Below, in pieces: positions 1 to 10,038 of a stretch of DNA of 64,000 nucleotides. Location: sequence record PV764601.1; one strand, given 5' to 3'. The translations under genes and the position numbers were made by a program. Numbering within the stretch: position 1 is the first letter of the stretch; each line of letters starts with the position of its first letter. The notes beneath the pieces were generated by a model. That model was not told the DNA's origin. It saw nothing but the letters and a program-made list of their open reading frames with translations, and did no database searches.

Positions 1-1
1 C

Positions 2-2095
2 CAGCGGGAAGTCAGCGTACTCATCGATCCGATGGTTGTAGGTGTCGATGGGCATCCAACCCTGCGGCCACTTGGTACGGTGCATCCACGGTGCGTTTCC
101 GAGTTCCTTACCGAGGCGCAGCGAAGCCTTGATGAGGGCATACATGTGACGCTCGGCCAGTCGATGCAGTTCACGCATACCTTCCGGCGAGTTGAACTTG
201 AGCTTCTTGCGAGCCATGTAGTACGCAACACCCGTCATACCAACGCCAGCAGACAGGCGTTGACGGCTGCTCCATGCAACGTGAGGCAGCGGATGATCCG
301 ACAGGTGGATAGCCTTGTCGATCATCTTGAGGGCGTAGTAAGCAGCGTCCTCGTACTCTTCCTGGGAATGGATGTTGTGCACGCACAGCGCAGCCAGCGA
401 GCACATTGCGACTTCCGGTTCTTTCTTGAGCTTGACAATCTTGTAGACCGTCTGCGGTTCATCCCACGTCCGCTGCTCAATGCGCCCATCCCGCATACGC
501 ATTTCAAGCGTCTGCCCCTCCAGAATAATGTCGCCATCCTGGATTTCCTGTGCGGCAATGAAAATGTCCTGAATGCTTTCAATGAACGGCCCCGGGATAA
601 GGTGGCCCTTCTCATCCCGATACGAGACAAGCTTGCCGGGGTGTTCGTGACGTGCGTACTTGCGGACCGAGCGGCGGACCTTGACCTTACTAGGTGCAGT
701 AAGGGTCAGATCGCAGTTGGTCATTTCCAGTTCGACGTAGCCAACCGGGCCATTGGTATACAGGTCAGGCATCGACTCGTAACCGTAGGTCGGTTCAGTG
801 ATTTCAGCGCACAGGTTGCTGCTGTAGATGGAGTCGTTGAACGGAGTGTGGATGTTCACCTCGTCGCTGTTGAACAGGTACAGGCGACCCGTCTCTAGGC
901 CAACGTTGATGACATTCACCGCCAGCTTACGAGCGCTGACGTACTTCTTGACGAACGAATCGTCGGCCTCGTACTTGGCGTACAGGGACTCGAACAATTC
1001 GGGGTTACCTTGGAACTGCGCCTCCCACAGATCAGGAGCCGACTTGATGTTGAACAGGAACACCTGCTTATTCAGCGCAGCTTGACGCACGAAGAACCGA
1101 TTGAAGATGACGTTGTAGTCAATGTCAAGGTTCTGTTTCTCTTCCGGGGTAAGCGGGTGCTTGAGGCGAATCAGCACTTCAATCTCAGGGTCGTAGACCG
1201 AGAAGTAAGTAGTGCACGCACCACCGCGACCGTTCTGCAAGCTGGACTTCACAGCGCCAGCCAGTGCAGTGTAGTAGGGCAGCTTACCCTGATGCTCGAT
1301 CAAACCACCACGCACCTTGTCGCTCAGGCTCCGGCTCTGGATGATGCCGCCGATGCCTGCACTCTGCGCCGTCATGGCGCGCGCGATATGGTCGCCCACT
1401 TCCAACGAGGGTTCCGTGTCCAGCGTGGTATACAGACAGCACGACGCGTAACCACGATGCGACGTACCGAGGTTGACCCAATTAGGGGTCGGAGCGTTGA
1501 TGCGGTTGTACGAGAAGTGGTCGTACCACTTCCGGGTGTGCTCAAGGCGAGTTGCCTTGGGTTCATCGTGCGCAAGCGAACTCGCCATGCGCATAAAGGT
1601 GAACTGCGGAGTTTCGTACTCCTTACCTGCAACGCGGTCGCGCAGCGAATACTTCCTGCGGATGTGATCCGTCTGGAAGTACGCATAGCCAAAGTCTCGG
1701 TCATGGTCAATCATGCCCTCGATCTTTTCCCAATCAGCATCGGTGTAGTCATAACGTTCGACCACATCACCGAGGTGTTCAGCCATACGCTCTTGCAGTT
1801 CGCGGTAGGTCGGAACCTTACCGTCGAACAGTTGCTTGCGACGCAGTGCGGTGTAGAGACGTCCCGCCATACGATTGTGTGCCCAATCCGCTTGGTCCAG
1901 ACAGGCTTGGATGAGCGCCAGTTGCAGCTTCTCACTATCGCAGTATTCAGGCAGACCCGCCACAGCAGTCATCACAACGCCGGACCAATCTACGTAACCG
2001 CCTAGGGATTGCGCTGCCCACACGCCCCATCCATTGATCTTCTCCGGGCTAAAATCTTCTACTCGCCCGTCCCGCTTGATAATCGTCTTAATCAT
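2..2095 (-). CDS. nrdA: Ribonucleotide reductase class Ia alpha subunit (3' end outside the window)
   Basis: Hand-translated, not in the ORF track: MIKTIIKRDG (ATP cone), ETPQF, APTP..NLG, ASCC, SNLCAEI (thiyl Cys at 809-811), EVAMCSL (Cys at 401-403). Frame stays open to the window edge. Confidence 0.95.
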   Translation of the reverse strand, partial: MIKTIIKRDGRVEDFSPEKINGWGVWAAQSLGGYVDWSGVVMTAVAGLPEYCDSEKLQLALIQACLDQADWAHNRMAGRLYTALRRKQLFDGKVPTYRELQERMAEHLGDVVERYDYTDADWEKIEGMIDHDRDFGYAYFQTDHIRRKYSLRDRVAGKEYETPQFTFMRMASSLAHDEPKATRLEHTRKWYDHFSYNRINAPTPNWVNLGTSHRGYASCCLYTTLDTEPSLEVGDHIARAMTAQSAGIGGIIQSRSLSDKVRGGLIEHQGKLPYYTALAGAVKSSLQNGRGGACTTYFSVYDPEIEVLIRLKHPLTPEEKQNLDIDYNVIFNRFFVRQAALNKQVFLFNIKSAPDLWEAQFQGNPELFESLYAKYEADDSFVKKYVSARKLAVNVINVGLETGRLYLFNSDEVNIHTPFNDSIYSSNLCAEITEPTYGYESMPDLYTNGPVGYVELEMTNCDLTLTAPSKVKVRRSVRKYARHEHPGKLVSYRDEKGHLIPGPFIESIQDIFIAAQEIQDGDIILEGQTLEMRMRDGRIEQRTWDEPQTVYKIVKLKKEPEVAMCSLAALCVHNIHSQEEYEDAAYYALKMIDKAIHLSDHPLPHVAWSSRQRLSAGVGMTGVAYYMARKKLKFNSPEGMRELHRLAERHMYALIKASLRLGKELGNAPWMHRTKWPQGWMPIDTYNHRIDEYADFPL

Positions 2096-2170
2096 GGTTC
2101 ACCTGCAACCGCCGACGTAGTTGGGTGTCAGCCCTGTACGCCCTTGGTCTATTAGTTGGATTTAATTCAC

Positions 2171-2512
2171 TTACGCTTCACAGCTGGACAGCAGATGCTG
2201 GTCAACTGCACTGATGAAAGGCACCGCGCCAGTAAAGCTGTTGAGACGGTACACTTCGTCCCCATACCGATACAGCAGAGTGGTAGGGGCTGCACGTGCT
2301 ACAGTGATGAATTCATCACGGCCGATCTTCTCCAACTTGACGTTAGCAACAACCACCTCAGTGTACTCCGCCTTGCTACGCATGTTCTGCAAGGTAATAT
2401 CCAGAGCGTTGCAGCCGGGGCAGTTGTCCTTACCGAACTTGGCGATCACCAGCGGGTTGCTGGCGACCACTTCATCCAGATGGTCAAGTGATTCAATGGA
2501 GATTTCTTTCAT
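2171..2512 (-). CDS. Thioredoxin-fold redoxin
   Basis: CPGC CxxC motif, 113 aa, directly upstream of nrdA. Confidence 0.85.
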   Translation of the reverse strand: MKEISIESLDHLDEVVASNPLVIAKFGKDNCPGCNALDITLQNMRSKAEYTEVVVANVKLEKIGRDEFITVARAAPTTLLYRYGDEVYRLNSFTGAVPFISAVDQHLLSSCEA

Positions 2513-2572
2513 GGTCAGTAGTCCGATGAGTTTGGGAATGCCCTCAGAGGGGCAAGATGAAATTGCAAAATT

Positions 2573-3406
2573 TCATTCCTTCAACCGCTTCTCTTTCTGG
2601 CGGGTGTCATACAGTTCTTTGACCGTCTTTTGAACCACATGATACTTGCCAAGTTTGCGGACAACACTCATCGTATACCGGAGGTCAAACACAGCCACTC
2701 CGTACTTCGCACTCAACTTCTTGTAGCTCACCGCCTTACCCGCTTCCGTCCTGCTCAGGACTTCGCGGAATGCCTCGCGTGCCTTGTCCATTGGCGTCAT
2801 GGCTTCGACCAACTTGGCAAGTGCGGCGGGAACCTTCTTGTAGTTACCGTCTTCCATGATCTTGGATTGCAGCGCACTGACAGGAGCGTCAGAGAACAAC
2901 CATGTGTATACCAGCTTCTGATAGTGCTGCCTGTTGTCAGGGTCACGCACAGAATGCAGGAACGTCATGATCGGATTCAGGATGCTGGTAAGCTGCTGGT
3001 TCATCAAACGCGGAGCGACTTCAATTCGCTCCCACTCAATGTCAACAGACTTTGCCCCGAACGCCTTGTCCAGTTCTTCACTGACCAATCCCTGAGTCAG
3101 CTTACGGAACGCACACTTGTAGCTAGGACGCTGATACTCAATGTCCAGATGCGTTGCCGGTTGGATCATCGTGCACTGGAGCGGGGCGTCAAACACAATC
3201 ACCACCGACTTCATCTTGGCCAACTTCTCCCGTGCGCTATACAGCATGGAGGAAGCGGGCAGCAACAGCACGTCTGCGTCACGCAGCTTTTCTCCGAAGC
3301 CAATCAATTCGACTTTCGGTTTCTTTGGATGACCCTCAGCCCATCGGTTGACGAGCTTGAGGGTATCCGCGATGCAATTGTTGGAAACAGTCAGTACAGC
3401 CTTCAT
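2573..3406 (-). CDS. Hypothetical protein (277 aa)
   Basis: Long ORF coupled to the MazG-like gene; no motif recognised. Confidence 0.8.
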   Translation of the reverse strand: MKAVLTVSNNCIADTLKLVNRWAEGHPKKPKVELIGFGEKLRDADVLLLPASSMLYSAREKLAKMKSVVIVFDAPLQCTMIQPATHLDIEYQRPSYKCAFRKLTQGLVSEELDKAFGAKSVDIEWERIEVAPRLMNQQLTSILNPIMTFLHSVRDPDNRQHYQKLVYTWLFSDAPVSALQSKIMEDGNYKKVPAALAKLVEAMTPMDKAREAFREVLSRTEAGKAVSYKKLSAKYGVAVFDLRYTMSVVRKLGKYHVVQKTVKELYDTRQKEKRLKE

Positions 3407-4215
3407 TACTTGGAAGCGAGGAGTTCAAAGATGGGTGCGTCTTCCGGCAAGGGCTGGAAGCGCGGCTCGAAGAAGTTGCTGGACTTGAGGAACTTACCAG
3501 CAGGGTAGTCCTTGCCATCAGTGCCCTTCTGATCCTTGGCCGACTTGAGGACAAAGTATTCCACGTCGTTGATGGTGTTCGGGAAGATTTCCACTTCGAC
3601 ACCAACGGTACGCCAGTAGCGACCGACGCCTTCCTCAGCCACACTGCGGTCGGTGTCGAACTTGCTCATGTTCGACTCGTACACGGCCTGCTGATCGGCA
3701 GCAATGTCAACACCGAACATGGAAGACAGTAGGTAGGCAGAGCGGCGCAGTATATCACAGCTGGCAATGGTATCCTTGATCCAAGCTTCGTTGGCCTGTT
3801 CCTTCGTGGAAGTGTGGTTCTTGAATGCCATGCCGTCCAATTGATCCTGGGTCAGGCCACCGACGACAGCAAGGAAGTTGATCTGAGCGTTGATCTGCTC
3901 CAGTACGATACTCAGCAGGGAAGGTGCGCTCTTGACCTCGTACACTGCGGAAACATCCGCAGCAGCCTTTGCCACTTCTTCCAGATCGGCACCATCGATG
4001 CCGAGACGATGGTACATGCCGTCGGTGGTAACGATCACGTCGCTCAGACCGTCACGAACTTCGGTAATGTCCTTGGCCAGAATAGCAGCCATCAACTCTT
4101 CCGCTTCCTGCTTGATGATCCGACCCTGCGAGGTCAAAATGCGCAGCAGCGGGTGGGCGTTCGGGGTATTGCCTACGAGGTTATTGACGTTGGCATTGAG
4201 TTGCTGATGAGACAT
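3406..4215 (-). CDS. MazG/PRA-PH-like NTP pyrophosphohydrolase
   Basis: QEAEEL...EVRDGLSD, VYESNMSK and GKFLK motifs; start moved to MSHQQ. Confidence 0.8.
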   Translation of the reverse strand: MSHQQLNANVNNLVGNTPNAHPLLRILTSQGRIIKQEAEELMAAILAKDITEVRDGLSDVIVTTDGMYHRLGIDGADLEEVAKAAADVSAVYEVKSAPSLLSIVLEQINAQINFLAVVGGLTQDQLDGMAFKNHTSTKEQANEAWIKDTIASCDILRRSAYLLSSMFGVDIAADQQAVYESNMSKFDTDRSVAEEGVGRYWRTVGVEVEIFPNTINDVEYFVLKSAKDQKGTDGKDYPAGKFLKSSNFFEPRFQPLPEDAPIFELLASK

Positions 4216-4277
4216 GGAAACTCCGATTGGGAAATGAAAAATGAGCGGCATGCCGGAGCATACCACCCATAGGTTAT

Positions 4278-4856
4278 TTACACTATTGAAACTGCGGTAA
4301 TGTCCTGCGTTTCCTTGTACTGCTGGAGGGCCTTTACGTACCACTTTGGAGCAGGGCGTGCTCGACTCCACCTAGCAAAGCTAGACTTGTCGGCCACGTA
4401 GAAACGGCGATACGTCTCCACTGCACAATCCGTGATGCACTCAGGCACCTTGTTCACAGCCAGCACAAAGTCCTCCGGTTCCCCCTCAACGTCCTGCACC
4501 CTTTCCATAGTAGGCAAGCGGCGCAACGCGGGTAGCATTTGGATCACGTTTGCGTACTTGCCATCCTTCAAGCCGTCGTACCGATAGTCGTACTCTTTGA
4601 GCATCGCTCTGAGCAGGCGGTAGCCCCAAGCGTAGTTCCGAGGGTCTTCCATCAGCCATACCGTGCAGGGATGCTTTGCGTGCGATGCGTTGAGCTTGAA
4701 CGGGATGTTGCGCTCTACCCACTTCTTCCTCTTGTTCCGAAGGTGGTGGACAAAGCACAGCATCTGTGCTTGCTCAACGATCATTTTGGTGACGTGTTGG
4801 TCACACATCATCCGAGCAGCGATGGTTGGCTTGTGGTGCAGGACAAAGATATTCAT
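4278..4856 (-). CDS. Pyrimidine-dimer DNA glycosylase / endonuclease V (DenV)-like protein
   Basis: MNIFVL...CDQHVTKMIVEQAQML, HAKHPCTVW and ETYRRFYVADK family motifs. Confidence 0.8.
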   Translation of the reverse strand: MNIFVLHHKPTIAARMMCDQHVTKMIVEQAQMLCFVHHLRNKRKKWVERNIPFKLNASHAKHPCTVWLMEDPRNYAWGYRLLRAMLKEYDYRYDGLKDGKYANVIQMLPALRRLPTMERVQDVEGEPEDFVLAVNKVPECITDCAVETYRRFYVADKSSFARWSRARPAPKWYVKALQQYKETQDITAVSIV

Positions 4857-5119
4857 GGGGTGTTACCGAACCATACCTTTGATTTGTGGTACCGAGGTTC
4901 AACCTCTACGCCGTCCTTCATGCAGAAGGTGCGTGGTGGGTATCGCTGGAACGTTAGGTGGCCACCACGTTCTTCACACCATTCCGTGTTGATTGCATCC
5001 TGCTTGCTGTCCAAGTTCTTCCCGATCACGTAGGTGCGGTTGACAAAGACTGCAAGCAGGAGAACACACGCGACGTACAGGGCACCGAACAGGAGCTTAC
5101 GCTGCTGGCGTTTCATCAT
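4853..5119 (-). CDS. Small membrane protein
   Basis: One N-terminal hydrophobic helix; overlaps its neighbours. Confidence 0.7.
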   Translation of the reverse strand: MMKRQQRKLLFGALYVACVLLLAVFVNRTYVIGKNLDSKQDAINTEWCEERGGHLTFQRYPPRTFCMKDGVEVEPRYHKSKVWFGNTP

Positions 5120-5303
5120 CCATTTCCTTGAGGGTCCGGTTGATGTGGGCCTCCTGCTGTTCCTTGGTAGGGATCACAGTGAGGTGTCGGAGGTCAGGGC
5201 GTTGCATGAGCCCTTCCTCAACCGCGATGATGCGTCGGGCTTGCTCAAGATCGTTCGCGCCAGTCAGGAATACCAGTGGGTCCAGCTTATGGGTAAGAAG
5301 CAT
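5097..5303 (-). CDS. Hypothetical protein
   Basis: Coupled ORF in the operon. Confidence 0.6.
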   Translation of the reverse strand: MLLTHKLDPLVFLTGANDLEQARRIIAVEEGLMQRPDLRHLTVIPTKEQQEAHINRTLKEMDDETPAA

Positions 5304-5725
5304 TAGCGTCCTCGTTGCAGAAGTCGAGCGTTACGGAGTGCCTGCAAATCACGTGAGCCCACGTTGTAGCGACCCAGCTCTTTGAGGTCGATCCATTGTG
5401 CATCGTGATGCTTGGCAGGTTCAATGTTGTGGATGGGATACATTTCGTCTACCTGTACCAGGTAGTACAGAATGAGTGTGTGCTTGGATGGCACACCCAG
5501 CTTGGGCGAGGCAAACCAACAGGGTTGCATATCCATGCTGATATAGCCCAGCGAAAGCAAGTCGATGCCCGTCTCTTCCTTGAGTTCACGAATCGCTGTC
5601 ATGACAGGCAACTCGTTGTGGTCAGGCTTACCGCCCGGGATCACCCACTTGTTGTTATCGCGGCGATGGATCATCGCCACGTGCGTGTTGCGAAACATCA
5701 ATATCGGACCAGCCACAAAGTCCAT
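5303..5725 (-). CDS. Nudix hydrolase
   Basis: Nudix box GGKPDHNELPVMTAIRELKEETGI. Confidence 0.92.
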   Translation of the reverse strand: MDFVAGPILMFRNTHVAMIHRRDNNKWVIPGGKPDHNELPVMTAIRELKEETGIDLLSLGYISMDMQPCWFASPKLGVPSKHTLILYYLVQVDEMYPIHNIEPAKHHDAQWIDLKELGRYNVGSRDLQALRNARLLQRGR

Positions 5726-5994
5726 TAGGCGTTCACCTTCTCCAGCGCCTTGAGGGTAGCTACCGCGAACTCCTGAGCACTCTCCCGATTGCCCGCGTGG
5801 ATATGAATGCTCACGCGTTGACCACCATAGGTGGCAGGCGTGGTGTCGTCGGGATGAATCAGGACAACGTTCTCTGGCGTAATCGCAGCGACATAGCCCG
5901 CATAGCGCGCCTCGTCAACCTGCTGTATTCTCATGCCTCGGGTGTGTGGCCCGAAGCTGACCATCTTGCTAACTGACTGCCATTTAAGCTTCAT
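5725..5994 (-). CDS. Hypothetical protein
   Basis: Coupled ORF. Confidence 0.65.
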   Translation of the reverse strand: MKLKWQSVSKMVSFGPHTRGMRIQQVDEARYAGYVAAITPENVVLIHPDDTTPATYGGQRVSIHIHAGNRESAQEFAVATLKALEKVNA

Positions 5995-6307
5995 CGCTTT
6001 TCTCGTTAGGGTCAGGTTCCCACGGATACTGCCGCATGGACAAACGAATGCGCTTCACTTGACTATCATCAACCCGATTGGGTTCTCCCTTGCGGTCAAC
6101 GTTGGCATACCAGCCCGAACCGTTGGGGCGATACTCAGTGAGGACACGACCGTCCTTGAGTTCAATGTCGTGCGCCATCTTGAGCCGATTCTTGTGGTTG
6201 CCTTCGTAGTCTATCCATTGCGTGATGTAGGGCAGGAAGTCCGGGTCACGACTAACCAAGATGGCTTGGAATTGCTCGCGGCGTTCTGAGTATACACTTC
6301 TTGTCAT
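5984..6307 (-). CDS. Hypothetical protein
   Basis: Coupled ORF. Confidence 0.7.
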   Translation of the reverse strand: MTRSVYSERREQFQAILVSRDPDFLPYITQWIDYEGNHKNRLKMAHDIELKDGRVLTEYRPNGSGWYANVDRKGEPNRVDDSQVKRIRLSMRQYPWEPDPNEKSDEA

Positions 6308-6317
6308 GACAGCTCCG

Positions 6318-7313
6318 TTACTTGTTGACTTCGCGTGGACCTAGGAACGCAACGCGGGCTCCATTGGAAATGATGACGCCTTCGGTGGTGGACGAAATCA
6401 TGCACTGGCCTTGCGCTTCAAAGCGCCCGGTCCACACTGGATCGTTGTCTGCATCCACACCCTCTCGCGTAGGGAAGTGATTCCAGTTTGGTTCCGGCTC
6501 CTGCATCAGCAGGATGACGCCGTTGTGACCATTATGCTCCTGCGCGCAAGTAACCGTACCGAACAGGCGACGACCTTCGGAACCAAATATGGAGTCAAGG
6601 TCAACGCTGACTTCGGTGCCTTCGATCATGGTGGGCAGCCAGTCCTGCATGACAAGCTTGATGTATTCCTCCAGCTTCTCCTGACTGTCGAACTCGAACC
6701 AGCTATCTTCGCCAATGGCACCAAGGTCGATAGCACGTTCGTGCACGATGTCCGAGAACATGCGGTCGAGGCCATCCTTGTGATCCCCATCAATGGGAGC
6801 ACGTTCGGCACGGCGACTCTGCATCAGGGTCAGCAGATTGGCCTTGGCTTCGCTTTGATCGTCGGTGACCAGCTGCTCGCGCTTCAACGAATTAAGGTGT
6901 TCCGACAGGGCACGATGTTCGTCAGGCGTGGTGGGTTCCACGATCAGGCGTGGGATAGAACCTGCTGGCTTTGCGTAGGCACCCAGCTTGAACCGAAGGT
7001 CGGTAGGCAGACCCGGTAGTTGTGCAGGGTCCACGTGCTCCATGACTTCGTTCAAAGTGCGCAGGCGCGATGCTAGTGCAGCCAACAGGGCTCGACCCGT
7101 ACCACCAATACCATGCGGCACCAACACGCCGTCAAGGTCCATTGCAATCAAGGATTCAACCGATGCGATCAGACGGGCATCGTCACCTTGGAAGGTGTCT
7201 TGCAGATGCGGCTGCAACTCTGCTTGCTTGCGTGCTCGGAATTCCTCAAACGTTTCTTTCTGTTCGGTCACGACTTCATCCTCTTCTTTTTGAGTTTCTC
7301 GACAAGCTCGCAC
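6318..7313 (-). CDS. Hypothetical multi-domain protein (true start probably about 40 nt downstream)
   Basis: Long ORF, mosaic-looking segments. Confidence 0.75.
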   Translation of the reverse strand: MRACRETQKEEDEVVTEQKETFEEFRARKQAELQPHLQDTFQGDDARLIASVESLIAMDLDGVLVPHGIGGTGRALLAALASRLRTLNEVMEHVDPAQLPGLPTDLRFKLGAYAKPAGSIPRLIVEPTTPDEHRALSEHLNSLKREQLVTDDQSEAKANLLTLMQSRRAERAPIDGDHKDGLDRMFSDIVHERAIDLGAIGEDSWFEFDSQEKLEEYIKLVMQDWLPTMIEGTEVSVDLDSIFGSEGRRLFGTVTCAQEHNGHNGVILLMQEPEPNWNHFPTREGVDADNDPVWTGRFEAQGQCMISSTTEGVIISNGARVAFLGPREVNK

Positions 7314-7501
7314 AATGCAGTAGCTTGCTTCCTCTTGCCTTTGCTGAACTCCCAGCCTGCCAGCGCGAGGATACTTATCTCGGGAACCTCAGATGGTTCG
7401 GCACAGTAGCGCGCGATAGTCCGCTTCCCCAAGTCCAGTTCCTTTGCCCCTTGGATTAGCGTCAAGTTGTTCCGTGTGAGCCAATCCTTGAAGACGTTCA
7501 T
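7268..7501 (-). CDS. XRE/Cro-like HTH DNA-binding protein
   Basis: LTLIQGAKELDLGKRTIARY helix-turn-helix pattern. Confidence 0.7.
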   Translation of the reverse strand: MNVFKDWLTRNNLTLIQGAKELDLGKRTIARYCAEPSEVPEISILALAGWEFSKGKRKQATALCELVEKLKKKRMKS

Positions 7502-7938
7502 GCACTACTATTCGCCAGTGAACTACGGAGGTGACGTTCGATGGATTCAAGTTCTTTCCGCGAACCGTCGGTGAGTGCTACGCCATCAAGGTACAGAACA
7601 TGCGTTGAACACGCACACGTTTCCATGTGGCACGGATGCACATGCTCAAACTCTTTGATTTCTATGCGTTGCTGTGCGGCTGCAACTTTCATCAGCGCCC
7701 GAGTGGTCAGCTTCTTGGCAATCTCTATTGGATGATCGCGCAGGAAGTCAATCTCGCTGTCCTGCAACTCACCATCGTCCCGATACAACAGTGGACTGCC
7801 TGCGTAGCTGGCCAGTAGCTCCCGAAGGATCATTTCCTGCTGAGTAGGATTAGGCTTGCAGCAAGGTGTATCGTGGTCTACCGTGGAATCCGGCACGTGA
7901 CATTTGCATTTGCACTCGTATTGATAAGGCGTATACAT
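7498..7938 (-). CDS. Hypothetical protein
   Basis: Coupled ORF with Cys/His clusters. Confidence 0.7.
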   Translation of the reverse strand: MYTPYQYECKCKCHVPDSTVDHDTPCCKPNPTQQEMILRELLASYAGSPLLYRDDGELQDSEIDFLRDHPIEIAKKLTTRALMKVAAAQQRIEIKEFEHVHPCHMETCACSTHVLYLDGVALTDGSRKELESIERHLRSSLANSSA

Positions 7939-7947
7939 GTGCGTTCC

Positions 7948-8355
7948 TTAGCAGGATGGATACTCGGATTCCCACGCTCGGTTAGGGTGGCGAGCAAGGG
8001 GACGTGCTAGACGTTTTGCATGCGCCTCAATCTCCGCCTCAAACTCAGCAATCCCGCTAATCAGCAGTGAGTGCAATTGTGGGTTGCGTTCCTGACACGC
8101 AGCCTGACACAACTCGGCCAGCGTATTGAAACCCTCGATGGGTTGCTTGAGGCCATACGACAGAACATGCGAGGTTGCGATTTGATGGTGTACCGAAGGG
8201 CAGTTGGCGAGGATGGCGTTAACCGTTTCGATTACGTCCATCTGTTTCATCGTCGGCAGGGTCTTGCCACTCTGCCACATGGCTATGGTTCGGGAGGTGA
8301 CACCTGTAATGGCACGCACGTACTCAAGGTTAAGCCCAGGAATTTTAACGTCCAT
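7948..8355 (-). CDS. HTH-domain protein
   Basis: VRAITGVTSRTIAMWQSGKTLP XRE-like HTH. Confidence 0.65.
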   Translation of the reverse strand: MDVKIPGLNLEYVRAITGVTSRTIAMWQSGKTLPTMKQMDVIETVNAILANCPSVHHQIATSHVLSYGLKQPIEGFNTLAELCQAACQERNPQLHSLLISGIAEFEAEIEAHAKRLARPLARHPNRAWESEYPSC

Positions 8356-8860
8356 CCTCAGCCTCCATTTCCTGTTTCAACAGGCGGTAGATATTGGCGT
8401 CGGGGTTAGCACGTACCAAGCGTGCGAGGTCTTCGTTGTAACAGCAGCGGTACTTGGTGACTTCCTTGCCAAGCCATTCCGGCAAGGCAAACTCTTCGTC
8501 TTCGCTTTTGAGTTCAAGCTCGACCATGACAAAGCCTTGCAGGGGCCCGTGGAAAACGTCAACCTCAAAGGTGTGACCACCATAGGGGACAAGGTGACGG
8601 GTCTTGCTAACGATGAGGCTGCACATGTTCATCAGTGCGTCTGCGTCTTCGGCAGGGATTCGGTATTCAAATTCCTGCCGTGACACGCCTGCGTTTCTTG
8701 ACTTGATGCACACCTGTGCACCCTTGTCTCCGTTACGCACCCGAACAGTCGCGTCGGCAGACATTGCCAAGTAGCCCTGCACGATAGAGTAGTGCATAGT
8801 GGATTGCTTCTCCCATTCCTGGGATTTCACAAACCACTTGCGTTCGATTTCAACGGCCAT
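8345..8860 (-). CDS. CYTH-domain (adenylate cyclase / triphosphatase-like) protein
   Basis: MAVEIERKW, QGYL, VRVR, EFEY, FEVDVF and VELELKSEDE motifs; start moved. Confidence 0.9.
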   Translation of the reverse strand: MAVEIERKWFVKSQEWEKQSTMHYSIVQGYLAMSADATVRVRNGDKGAQVCIKSRNAGVSRQEFEYRIPAEDADALMNMCSLIVSKTRHLVPYGGHTFEVDVFHGPLQGFVMVELELKSEDEEFALPEWLGKEVTKYRCCYNEDLARLVRANPDANIYRLLKQEMEAEDGR

Positions 8861-8880
8861 GAAGACTCCAATAATCGAGG

Positions 8881-8914
8881 GTGCCATTTTGGCACCGTTG
8901 CCATTTTGGCACCC
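8881..8914. promoter_or_regulatory. Two tandem TGCCA-N3-TGGCA palindromic boxes upstream of the CYTH gene
   Basis: gtgccattttggcacc gttgccattttggcaccc, intergenic. Confidence 0.7.
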
Positions 8915-8921
8915 TATGCAA

Positions 8922-9440
8922 TCAGGGCGTCTTGGCGGTAAGGTCGGTGGTGAAGATGACAGCGTAAGAGTCTGCCAGATCAACGGGATTCAGATCGCGT
9001 GGGGCAATCTTGCGGCGTGCGTTGCGTGGATAGTGAGGGTACTCCCACCAGCATTCTGAGCGCAGCGCACGTGCTACGACAAATGTGCTCTCCGGGTGGA
9101 GCTTCTTGAGTGCCTTCGCCGACACCACTGCGAATCGCGCCAGTGAATACTCGACTGTCGGCGGAGTGAGGTTGCCCGGATCGCGGCGCAGAACAACGTA
9201 GCGGCCTTTGGATGGGTAGGTCAGAATCAGCCGTGTGTTGGCCGGCATCTTCTTTTCGCGTGTCAGGAACGGAGCGTCCGCCGGGTAGGTCTTGTGACCT
9301 CGCTTCTGATACCACTCACGCAGTTCTTGTGCACACACTTGAAACAGCTTGCTGCTCAAGGTCGGGCCAACATTGTTGAAGCCCATATCATCTTTCAGTT
9401 CTTCTACTGCGGGCAAGGTGCCCGTCATCGGATCGATCAT
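8922..9440 (-). CDS. Hypothetical protein
   Basis: Coupled ORF. Confidence 0.75.
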   Translation of the reverse strand: MIDPMTGTLPAVEELKDDMGFNNVGPTLSSKLFQVCAQELREWYQKRGHKTYPADAPFLTREKKMPANTRLILTYPSKGRYVVLRRDPGNLTPPTVEYSLARFAVVSAKALKKLHPESTFVVARALRSECWWEYPHYPRNARRKIAPRDLNPVDLADSYAVIFTTDLTAKTP

Positions 9441-9441
9441 T

Positions 9442-10011
9442 TCAATTCACCTGTGCCATAGAGAAGTTGGAACCACCTACGTAACGGCAGCCTACACCGT
9501 GCATAACCTCAAGCAGCGTAGGGCCACCGATGCGGCGCACCTTCGACCGTATCCGATACGTCATGACGTGCACTAGACTAGAGCGCGTGCTCTTGGTGTA
9601 ATTCCGCTCCTTACCATTGCGTGTGGGCAGCGACTCCAGCAAATTCAAGAGTTCGCCGTTACTCACTACCCGATTAGCTTCCATCAGGCAATGCAACAAC
9701 ACGCTCTCAGCGTGCGTAAGCTGAATCGGTACCTGCTGATCGCCCAAGGTTACATAGAGGATGCGATCTAGGTTAAAGTCCGGAGGGAACAGGTAGCGAT
9801 TGAGCGCCTGCATACGGACGCCTAGATGGTCTCGGTACTCATGTGCATTCATCCACTGAGGTACGTCATCCATACCGATGACGATCGGGAAGCGCATCTT
9901 GTTTACTTCATCGACAGAGAACAGGGACCGATGGTTGGCCATCAAAGCTTCCTTGTCCTGCACGTAGTAGGTGACGACGAAAGGGTCGTATAGCCTGATC
10001 GGGGCAGTCAT
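9442..10011 (-). CDS. OmpR/PhoB-type winged-helix DNA-binding protein without a receiver domain
   Basis: IQLTHAESVLLHCLMEANRVVSNGELL...VMTYRIRSKV...MHGVGCRY matches the Trans_reg_C pattern. Confidence 0.75.
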   Translation of the reverse strand: MTAPIRLYDPFVVTYYVQDKEALMANHRSLFSVDEVNKMRFPIVIGMDDVPQWMNAHEYRDHLGVRMQALNRYLFPPDFNLDRILYVTLGDQQVPIQLTHAESVLLHCLMEANRVVSNGELLNLLESLPTRNGKERNYTKSTRSSLVHVMTYRIRSKVRRIGGPTLLEVMHGVGCRYVGGSNFSMAQVN

Positions 10012-10038
10012 GACAGTCCTAGTGTGTTAGGTATCTGA

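Noticed and set aside
401-811. Active intein in nrdA
   Set aside because: No Cys/Ser at a splice junction, no terminal HN, no homing endonuclease, not at the known active-site insertion point; kept only as a possible remnant
2557-2576. ATGAAATT-GCAA-AATTTCAT palindrome upstream of the thioredoxin gene
   Set aside because: Single occurrence overlapping a stop codon; function cannot be supported
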